A stretch of 64,000 nucleotides of DNA from an uncultured Clostridium sp. (GTDB lineage: Bacteria; Bacillota; Clostridia; Lachnospirales; Lachnospiraceae): positions 22,980 through 86,979 of the forward strand of contig CALHQJ010000010.1 in assembly GCA_938036545.1 (NCBI GenBank). The letters run 5' to 3'. The stretch's first letter is position 1, and each line of letters begins with the position of its first letter. The notes beneath the pieces were generated by a model, which saw only the letters and a program-made list of their open reading frames with translations, did not search any database and was not told the DNA's origin. Shown piece by piece: positions 57,349 through 64,000 of the stretch. The translations under genes were made by a program, and so were the position numbers.

Positions 57349-58223
57349 TCACAGCATTTTCAAAAAAGTTTTAGCAGCAGGAGTCAGGTACTTATTTTTT
57401 AAATAGGCATACTGGATATTCCGGCAGATAGGGGTTTCTGTAAAATCCAGAGCAGTAATCAGACCGGCGTTTATTTCACGTTCTACAGCCAGTTCGGACA
57501 TGATTGAGATACCAAGGTTGTTTACTACGGCCTCTTTAATGGCGTCCTGGGTGCGGATAAAGAGCTTATTTTTAAAGTCAAAGTGATACTGCTGGAATAT
57601 ATGGTCCAGAAATTTATATTGAGAAGACTGTTTCTTTTTGGTGATATAGAAATCGTTCTGTACATCAAAAAAGGAACAGCTTTTTTTGAAAAAAGTGGGT
57701 GCTGGGTTCCCACAACTAATTTCAGATAATCTTGCCAATACTGTTCGATAACATAGTTTTCCGGATCTTCAATAATATAATCAGACAGAAATACAAATTC
57801 TAACTGGTTTTTATGCAGCATTTCCAGAATGGTTTGAGAGGTGTTAATATTCATATTAATAGTAATATTGGGATGTTTTTTATGAAAACGGGCAATTACG
57901 GCTGGAAGCATGTAAACGCCAATAAAATTGGTTGCGCCAAAGTTTAGGACGCCGTGTTCCATATTTTCGATCTGTCTGATATATTCTTTGGCGCTGTTGC
58001 AGGTAGCGACCATGTTTTCGGCAAATGGGCGGAATGTTTCTCCGTGAATGGTCAGAAAAGTTTGGTTACCCATTCGGTCAAAAAGCGGAATACCCAGTTC
58101 GTCTTCCAGAGCCCGAATTCGTTTGCTGAGAGCCGGCTGGGAAATATAAAGTTTGTCAGCAGCTTTGGCAAAGTGCTGGGTTTTGGCCAGGGTAAGGAAC
58201 GATTCCAATTTTGCAATATCCAT
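57349..58223 (-). pseudogene. LysR family transcriptional regulator with a frameshift in a homopolymer tract
   Basis: The HTH MDIAKLESFLTLAKTQHFAKAADKLYISQPALSKRIRALE is intact. The frame breaks at ...HPLFSKK and the remainder (SCSFFDVQNDFYI...) continues in the ORF 57349-57738. The junction is at the T7 run 57681-57687. Confidence 0.7.
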
Positions 58224-58270
58224 AACGGGACTCCTTTCAAATAAAATCCAGGAAATTAGTGAAACAGAAG

Positions 58271-58315
58271 AAAAAATCCTGGTCAGAATAACATTCCATT
58301 CTGGCCAGGATTTTT
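58271..58315 (-). terminator. rho-independent terminator after the BCCT gene
   Basis: A 14-bp stem atcctggtcagaat/attctggccaggat is flanked by A6 and T5 runs. Confidence 0.8.
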
Positions 58316-58318
58316 AGA

Positions 58319-59827
58319 CTATTTTTTGTTAAGTTCATTTAGATACTCTTTTGCATCTTTAAAGAAGCTGTAAATCATCATTACAATAATGATTCCCACA
58401 GGAAAGGCAGCGATAATGGACACGGTCTGGAGATTAGCCATGGAATTATCGGAAAAGACCAGGGCAATTGGAAATAAAATCAGCAGCACGGCCCAAAACA
58501 GCTTGACAGCTTTAGACGGTTCCTGTCCGTCCGGCAGTTCTTTATAGGAATAAGAAGCTGCAACCAGAGCCAGGGCGTCGTAGGATGTGGAATAAAAGGT
58601 AATCATGGTAATAGCCAGTAAAAACAGGCCGATGGCAGGAAGAGGCAGGGTATCCATGACAGCAAGAATGGCAGTACACAGATTCTGGCTTTGTTCATAG
58701 ATGCCGAGAACGTCCAGCTGGCCATGCATCTGAAGCCCAAGGCCGTAGTTGCCAAGCACGATAAAGGAAACAAAGGTTCCGGCCAGTCCGTAGAAGTATC
58801 CGCCCAGAATGGTCTGTTTAATGGTGCGTCCTTTGCTGATAGTACCAATGAAAAACGGAGCAGCCACACACCATACCATCCAGTAGGCCCAGTAAAAAAT
58901 AGTTAAATTCTGGGGGAAAGAAGAAGTACGCAGGGCGTCTGTCCAGGTGGACATGGCGATAAAATTCTGTACCATATTTCCAAGAGAGGTAATTCCGGTT
59001 TCAATGATGTACTGGGCTTTTCCGCCTCCAATAAATACATATAGAAGAAAGGCAAAGAAAAAGTATACGCATCCGGCAGCCAGTCTGGCAATTCCTTTCA
59101 TTCCGAAGTATACGGTTATAATGTAAATCACGCCTACAACAACTAAAATTGCAATAGTCAGCAGCTTGGACTCTTCAATCCCTAAAAACTGGCTGAATAT
59201 AATGGAAAGTAAAGGAGAGGATACGGAAAAGGTTGTAGCAGTTCCGGCTACCAGGGCGAAAACTGCAATTAAATCAATGATTTTTCCGGCAGCCCCGTCA
59301 GTTTTTTTACCTAACAATGGACGGCAGGCCTCTGAATATTTCTGCTTGGTGCGTTTGCGGACGTGAAGCATAAATCCAAAGGCAACAGCCAGAACCAGAT
59401 AAAAGGCCCAGGGAATCGGTCCCCAGTGAAATAGCGGATAAGTGGAAGCCCAGTCCTGAATGGTCCCCATATCCGAAATATGGGGTTCATTTGCATACAG
59501 AATCCATTCGCAGAGGGAATAAAACAGGATGTCTGCGGCTAAACCGGCGGTAAACATCATAGATCCCCACTGAAAGTCGCTGTAAGCAGGCTTTTCTGTA
59601 TTGCCCAGACGGATGGTTCCATATCGGGAAAAGGCAATATATAAGCTGATAAAGAAAACCCCCAGTCCTACAACCAGATAGTAGCTGCCAAGCTGATCGC
59701 CAAAGAAAAAGCGGACAGACTCCAGGGTGTCAGAGGACTGTTCCGGCCATACCATAAAAAGAACACATAAAAGGATAATGGCGGCGCAGGGAATTACAGT
59801 GGTTACCCAATCAATGCGAGATTTCAT
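58319..59827 (-). CDS. BCCT family (betaine/carnitine/choline) transporter
   Basis: This is a 502-aa protein with 12 TMs. It has FGDQLGSYYLV, WGSMMFTAGLAADILFYS and IFYWAYWMVWCVAAPFFIG, the last being the Trp-rich TM8 box. Confidence 0.88.
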   Translation of the reverse strand: MKSRIDWVTTVIPCAAIILLCVLFMVWPEQSSDTLESVRFFFGDQLGSYYLVVGLGVFFISLYIAFSRYGTIRLGNTEKPAYSDFQWGSMMFTAGLAADILFYSLCEWILYANEPHISDMGTIQDWASTYPLFHWGPIPWAFYLVLAVAFGFMLHVRKRTKQKYSEACRPLLGKKTDGAAGKIIDLIAVFALVAGTATTFSVSSPLLSIIFSQFLGIEESKLLTIAILVVVGVIYIITVYFGMKGIARLAAGCVYFFFAFLLYVFIGGGKAQYIIETGITSLGNMVQNFIAMSTWTDALRTSSFPQNLTIFYWAYWMVWCVAAPFFIGTISKGRTIKQTILGGYFYGLAGTFVSFIVLGNYGLGLQMHGQLDVLGIYEQSQNLCTAILAVMDTLPLPAIGLFLLAITMITFYSTSYDALALVAASYSYKELPDGQEPSKAVKLFWAVLLILFPIALVFSDNSMANLQTVSIIAAFPVGIIIVMMIYSFFKDAKEYLNELNKK

Positions 59828-59878
59828 AAAGACCTCCTACAGGATGTTCAAAAAAATAAAAAATAAAACATATTGAAC

Positions 59879-59907
59879 ATAATAGCACTGGAAAAAGGAA
59901 AAAGCAA
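59879..59907 (-). promoter_or_regulatory. promoter TTGCTT-17-TATTAT (TGn extended) for the BCCT gene
   Basis: On the minus strand it reads ttgctt-17-tattat. An 8-bp inverted repeat atgttcaa/ttgaacat lies in the leader. Confidence 0.5.
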
Positions 59908-60021
59908 GAGAAAAAATGAAGATTTTATGATATTTTCAAAAAAAACCTGTTAAAATCCAAAAAGATTCGCTATAATACAAGCTGCGTAAAAAGTGAAAGA
60001 GTTATAAGGAGGAAATTCCAA

Positions 60022-60534
60022 ATGAAAAAGGCAAAAAGTATGCTGGCTGTTATGGGTTGTGCCGCAATGCTTCTTGGCGGATGCACCCAGAGCAACATTG
60101 TAACGCCCAGCGGAGAAGCTGCCGCACCGGATTTTTCGATAAAAGAAGATGTGCAGATTGTCTGGGAACAGGTGTATGAGGACTTAGGCGAGATTTTCAT
60201 GGAGTCTGACGGATACCCCAATTTAGAGCAGATTGGCTTTAATGTGAATGATGAAGAAAAGATGGTCAATCTGGAAGTATTAGTATCTGAGGATACCAGC
60301 AAGGAAGAAGCTGTTGATTATGCAACAGCTCTGGTAAAGGCAATTAATGACGAGGTACAGATCCAGAGTTCCTATTATGAGGCATCTACAGAAGAATCCT
60401 ATGGCGGATTTTTCAAAGAATATGGTTTCCACGCAGTAGTTGCTCCTATCCGCACAGAAGGGGATGCATCTACTTATCTGGTAGATGATACGGTAGCTGC
60501 CGGAGAAGAACGGGCTATCAAGGCAGTAGAGTAA
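60022..60534 (+). CDS. lipoprotein of unknown function
   Basis: It has a signal peptide with the lipobox MLLGGC. Confidence 0.65.
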   Translation: MKKAKSMLAVMGCAAMLLGGCTQSNIVTPSGEAAAPDFSIKEDVQIVWEQVYEDLGEIFMESDGYPNLEQIGFNVNDEEKMVNLEVLVSEDTSKEEAVDYATALVKAINDEVQIQSSYYEASTEESYGGFFKEYGFHAVVAPIRTEGDASTYLVDDTVAAGEERAIKAVE

Positions 60535-60535
60535 T

Positions 60536-60712
60536 ATGGCAATTCCAAAAGATCCCATTATGCTGTTAAGCTACATCAATACCCAGCTCCGAGACTATTA
60601 CCCCTCATTAGAAGAGCTGTGCCATGGTCTGGGTACAGATAAAGAGGAACTGGAGCAGAAACTTTCTGCAGTCGGTTATGTGTATGATGCTGTAAAAAAT
60701 CAATTTAAATAG
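60536..60712 (+). CDS. DUF4250-like small protein (58 aa), not in the supplied ORF track
   Basis: I translated MAIPKDPIMLLSYINTQLRDYYPSLEELCHGLGTDKEELEQKLSAVGYVYDAVKNQFK by hand. The ATG lies 1 nt after the previous stop. The family name is from memory. Confidence 0.6.
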   Translation: MAIPKDPIMLLSYINTQLRDYYPSLEELCHGLGTDKEELEQKLSAVGYVYDAVKNQFK

Positions 60713-60771
60713 TAATGATTCAGGACGGTAGGAAATCTGGTGCAAAAAGATGCTCCGTCCTGAACCGTTGC
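60712..60771. repeat. palindromic repeat-family copy / hairpin between convergent genes
   Basis: The stem is ttcaggacgg (60719-60728) with ccgtcctgaa (60756-60765). The right arm gatgctccgtcctgaaccgttgc parallels 63616-63641. Confidence 0.6.
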
Positions 60772-60781
60772 TTTAAATAAA

Positions 60782-61792
60782 TCAATACAGCTGTTTCCAC
60801 AAAATATCACGATTAATAGTCTGGTAAAACAATTCCCGAATTTCTTTCGGATCACGGGTCTGGCCCAATATCCACATCAGCTTTGTAACGGCTGCTTCTA
60901 ACGTCATATCATAAGCTTCCAGCAGGCCAAAGTCCCGCTTCATCTTTTTTCCAACCTCGTAAATGGACATATTGCTGCCTTCATTGGTTACCTGGGTGGC
61001 CATAATTACGGTTTTTCCCATGGAAGTCCACTTGTCAATGGCCTGACGGTAGTCTCCTGATTCATAAGAGGGAAGGCCGCCTACGCCAAAGGATTCGATG
61101 ATGACTCCGTCATAGTGCTCTGCCATGTAGTTCAGCAGGCCGGAATCCATTGAAGGAATTAATTTTAAAAGTCCTACATTTGAATTCATGGACAGGGAAA
61201 AACGAACCTGCCGCTGTTTTTGATCCTTGTCATCCAGGTAAAAGATGACACGATCCTCCTGTACAGTGGCAATATAAGGAAAATTAATACTGGAAAATGC
61301 ATTATAGCTTTTGGTGCGCTCTTTTTTACCTCGGGTTCCGGCAATGACCTTTCCATCAAAAACCAGGTTTACTCCATGAGCCCTAGGGCATGAGGCGAAC
61401 AACAGGCTGTCGGCCAGATTCATGCGGGCGTCAGTATTCTCCATATCAATAGGCTTTTGAGCGCCGGTAATAACAATGGGTTTTGGGGAATCCTGAATTA
61501 AATAAGACAAGGCTGCAGCAGTATAAGCCATGGTGTCTGTGCCGTGGCAGACGACGAACCCATCATACTGATTATAATGTTCTTTTATGGATCGGGCAAT
61601 CAGCAGCCAGTGATCCGGCTGCATATTGGTACTGTCAATATTTAAAACCTGCAGGGTATCTGCATGGCAGAACCGTTTTGTATCCGGTACAAAAGAGAGA
61701 AGCTCGTCAGAAGACATAACCGGCTTTAGCCCGTCACTGCTTCGTTTGCAGGCAATGGTTCCGCCGGTTCCAATTACAAGAATTTGTTTCAT
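60782..61792 (-). CDS. ansA: type I L-asparaginase
   Basis: It has ILVIGTGGTIA and HGTDTMAYTAAALS motifs. Confidence 0.9.
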   Translation of the reverse strand: MKQILVIGTGGTIACKRSSDGLKPVMSSDELLSFVPDTKRFCHADTLQVLNIDSTNMQPDHWLLIARSIKEHYNQYDGFVVCHGTDTMAYTAAALSYLIQDSPKPIVITGAQKPIDMENTDARMNLADSLLFASCPRAHGVNLVFDGKVIAGTRGKKERTKSYNAFSSINFPYIATVQEDRVIFYLDDKDQKQRQVRFSLSMNSNVGLLKLIPSMDSGLLNYMAEHYDGVIIESFGVGGLPSYESGDYRQAIDKWTSMGKTVIMATQVTNEGSNMSIYEVGKKMKRDFGLLEAYDMTLEAAVTKLMWILGQTRDPKEIRELFYQTINRDILWKQLY

Positions 61793-61918
61793 GAAGGTGA
61801 AATCCTTTCTGGGCCCAGTATCCCGCCTGGGAAAATCCCACGCAGGGGACTCGTTATGATTGAAAATGGATGCATCCGCCGTAGGCGGAGAATCCTGCTT
61901 TGGCAGGACTTTTTCTTA

Positions 61919-61947
61919 ATTCTATAGTTTTAGCAGCAATCTGTCAA
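61919..61947 (-). promoter_or_regulatory. promoter TTGACA-17-TAGAAT for ansA
   Basis: On the minus strand it reads ttgaca (61947-61942), a 17-nt spacer, then tagaat (61924-61919). This leaves a leader of about 120 nt. Confidence 0.6.
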
Positions 61948-62046
61948 TTTCAGAATGTAAGACTATAAGCTGACAGGACAACCGGTTTTCTGGTTGCCCT
62001 GTACACAGCCGGTAAAGTGTGCTAGAATGGATGACAGTGTGATAGA

Positions 62047-62063
62047 ATGGCTGAACTGTTACC
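62047..62063. repeat. half-copy of the palindromic repeat family upstream of cls
   Basis: atggctgaactgttacc is the reverse complement of the core at 19051-19066 and 53329-53344. Confidence 0.6.
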
Positions 62064-62105
62064 AGAATGAAAAAGTATTTTTTAGTTATAAGAAAGGAAA
62101 CAACG

Positions 62106-63608
62106 ATGCAGATGGTATTAGAAGGATTGGGCATGGCCTGGAACTGGCTGTTGGACAATATTTTATTTATTAACCTGATTTTGTCCATAGTCATTGTTTT
62201 TTTTCAGAGAAGAGATCCAAAAGCAGTGTGGACATGGCTTCTCGCCCTTTATTTTATCCCGGGCTTTGGTATTATATTTTACCTGCTGTTTGGCCAGGAT
62301 TTCCGCAAGAGCAAAATGTTCCGGATTAAAAATCTGGAAGATCAGATGGGAACGTCGATCCGCAGCCAGGAGGAAATTCTTCGGAATTTCAACCACGAAA
62401 ATATGGACGATCCCCTGGTTCGGGATTACGGCGATTTAATTATGTATAATCTGAGAACTTCCGGCAGCGTTCTTACGGTGCACAATGACGTTAAGATTTT
62501 TTCAGACGGAGAGGCCAAGTTTGAGGATTTGCGGAACAGTCTGCGAAAGGCAGAGAAGTTTATCCATATTCAGTATTACATTATTAAAAATGATGAAGTC
62601 TTTGATTCGATTGTTCCGATTTTAATTGACCGGGTAAGGAACGGCGTAGAAGTCCGGATTCTCTATGACGGCATGGGCGGCCGTTTTATGCCGAAAAAGC
62701 GCTGGGAAGAATTACAAAAAGCGGGAGTTCAGGTAGGCGTATTTTTTCCTGCCCTCCTGGGCCGTTTAAACCTGCGTGTCAATTACCGAAACCACCGTAA
62801 AATCGTAGTAATTGACGGAGTTGTAGGATATGTAGGCGGCTTTAATATCGGACGGGAATATATTTCCAGAGATCCCAAGTTCGGCTATTGGAGGGATACA
62901 CATTTAAAGATTACCGGAGACGCAGTTATCAGCCTGCAGATCCGCTTTGCTCTGGACTGGAATTATGCAACCCATGAAAATCTCTTCCAGATGCCCATGT
63001 ATTTTGATTCACCCTACCGCAACGGCCTGGTAAGAGCCATGCAGGAAGAAGGAAGACGGCTGGTGGCAATCCAGATTGTAGCCAGCGGTCCGGATACTCT
63101 GGATCGCCAGATCCGCAACAATTATCTGGAACTGTTCCACAAGGCAAGAAAGAGCATCTATATTCATACTCCTTATTTTGTACCGGATGACGCCGTTCAG
63201 TCTGCCTTGCGGATAGCCGCCAGATCCGGCGTGGACGTGCGGCTTATGATTCCCTGCAAACCAGACCATCCCTTTGTATACTGGGCTACGTATTCCTATG
63301 CCGGCGATTTAATCGAAGCCGGAGCCAGGTGCTATGTGTACGACAATGGATTCCTTCATGCCAAAGGCGTTATGGTAGACGGACGGGTCAGCAGCTATGG
63401 CACTGCTAATATGGATATCCGAAGCTTTGAACTGAATTTTGAAGTCAATGCAACGATTTATGATGAAACCATTACCCAGCAGCTGGAAGAAGAGTTTTTA
63501 AATGATCTGAAGCACTGTCGGGAAATTACGAAGGAAGTATACGAATCCAGATCCCTGCTGATCCGAATTAAGGAACAGGGCAGCCGGCTGCTTTCACCGC
63601 TGCTGTAA
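62106..63608 (+). CDS. cls: cardiolipin synthase (two HKD motifs)
   Basis: It has N-terminal TMs, HRKIVVIDG and a second HKD, FLHAKGVMVDG. The ORF is open from 62067. Confidence 0.92.
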   Translation: MQMVLEGLGMAWNWLLDNILFINLILSIVIVFFQRRDPKAVWTWLLALYFIPGFGIIFYLLFGQDFRKSKMFRIKNLEDQMGTSIRSQEEILRNFNHENMDDPLVRDYGDLIMYNLRTSGSVLTVHNDVKIFSDGEAKFEDLRNSLRKAEKFIHIQYYIIKNDEVFDSIVPILIDRVRNGVEVRILYDGMGGRFMPKKRWEELQKAGVQVGVFFPALLGRLNLRVNYRNHRKIVVIDGVVGYVGGFNIGREYISRDPKFGYWRDTHLKITGDAVISLQIRFALDWNYATHENLFQMPMYFDSPYRNGLVRAMQEEGRRLVAIQIVASGPDTLDRQIRNNYLELFHKARKSIYIHTPYFVPDDAVQSALRIAARSGVDVRLMIPCKPDHPFVYWATYSYAGDLIEAGARCYVYDNGFLHAKGVMVDGRVSSYGTANMDIRSFELNFEVNATIYDETITQQLEEEFLNDLKHCREITKEVYESRSLLIRIKEQGSRLLSPLL

Positions 63609-63615
63609 GAGTATG

Positions 63616-63641
63616 GATGCCTCCCGTCCTGAACAGTTACC
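63616..63641. repeat. half-copy of the palindromic repeat family downstream of cls
   Basis: Compare gatgcctcccgtcctgaacagttacc with gatgctccgtcctgaaccgttgc at 60749-60771. Confidence 0.55.
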
Positions 63642-63741
63642 AATAGAATAGAAAAACCTCTGGTCATAAGCAGCCCTGATCAGACTATCGGCGCGTCCCT
63701 TTTCTGTGCATATTATCTGTGACGGGAAAGGGAGAATTATT

Positions 63742-64000
63742 TTGAACAGATTTACGAGAAATTTTCTAAAATGCGGGATAGCGGGCTGGTGCCTGGAAGT
63801 GATTTTTACGTCTGCAGAGTCTGTTATGGCAGGGGACTGGCGGTTTATGGCTCATACATCGCTGTTAATGTTTCCAATTTATGGTATGGGGGCATTGTTA
63901 GGCCCTATTGGCCGTCAAGTTGATTTGTGGATTGGAGATGGAAGCGGAGGAAAGGGGGCAGCTCTGAATCCGGCTGACCAGGCTGTTCGACATGGTATGT
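63742..64000 (+). CDS. membrane protein of the putative ABC-transporter type IV (CmpB-like) family, 3' end outside window
   Basis: The TTG start lies 6 nt after GGGAGAA. The hand translation is LNRFTRNFLKCGIAGWCLEVIFTSAESVMAGDWRFMAHTSLLMFPIYGMGALL. It is not in the supplied ORF track because no stop falls inside the window. Confidence 0.55.
   Translation, partial: MNRFTRNFLKCGIAGWCLEVIFTSAESVMAGDWRFMAHTSLLMFPIYGMGALLGPIGRQVDLWIGDGSGGKGAALNPADQAVRHGM

Overview
This looks like a chromosomal segment of a Firmicute, with gene content and operon style typical of gut Clostridia/Lachnospiraceae; the taxon is inference only. No rRNA, tRNA, CRISPR array, transposase or integrase was recognised. Housekeeping genes are rarA, murC, a DnaD/DnaI-type helicase-loader pair, prs, murA, metK behind a SAM-I riboswitch, ansA and cls. 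They are interleaved with accessory carbohydrate modules. (1) 5.1-8.4 kb holds an HPr paralog, an EIIA(Lac/Chb) paralog, a cytoplasmic glycosylasparaginase, CutC and YitT. (2) 13.4-18.8 kb holds RpiR, a complete cellobiose-type PTS, a GH1 6-phospho-beta-glucosidase and a ROK kinase. (3) 24.8-31.4 kb is a visibly AT-rich island with a LevR-architecture regulator that lacks the sigma-54 contact loop, co-transcribed with a mannose-family PTS and a cytoplasmic beta-lactamase-fold hydrolase. (4) 32.2-53.4 kb is a co-directional glycan locus of about 21 kb. It has a Wzt-type ATPase with a C-terminal glycan-binding domain but no Wzm permease. It also has a methyltransferase-like gene followed by a 1040-aa kinase-like/coiled-coil/GT2/GT4 fusion, which resembles the WbdD/WbbB terminator-ruler logic. 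Further genes are an M42 peptidase, the four-gene GDP-D-glycero-alpha-D-manno-heptose pathway, three large polytopic GT-C-like proteins (one cut by an in-frame TAG), rfbFGH without the downstream dideoxyhexose genes, LicD, and a GtrB-like polyprenyl-phosphate glycosyltransferase bracketed by 40-nt inverted repeats. (5) 53.4-58.3 kb is a decayed AT-rich stretch with a degenerate HPr, truncated RpiR and EIICB genes, a decayed DUF4869/ATPase pair and a frameshifted LysR. Other features are a seven-box DnaA-box cluster upstream of the helicase-loader operon, a preQ1-I riboswitch before queT, and a family of palindromic intergenic repeats (core GTAACAGTTCAGCCATG) seen in at least nine copies or half-copies.
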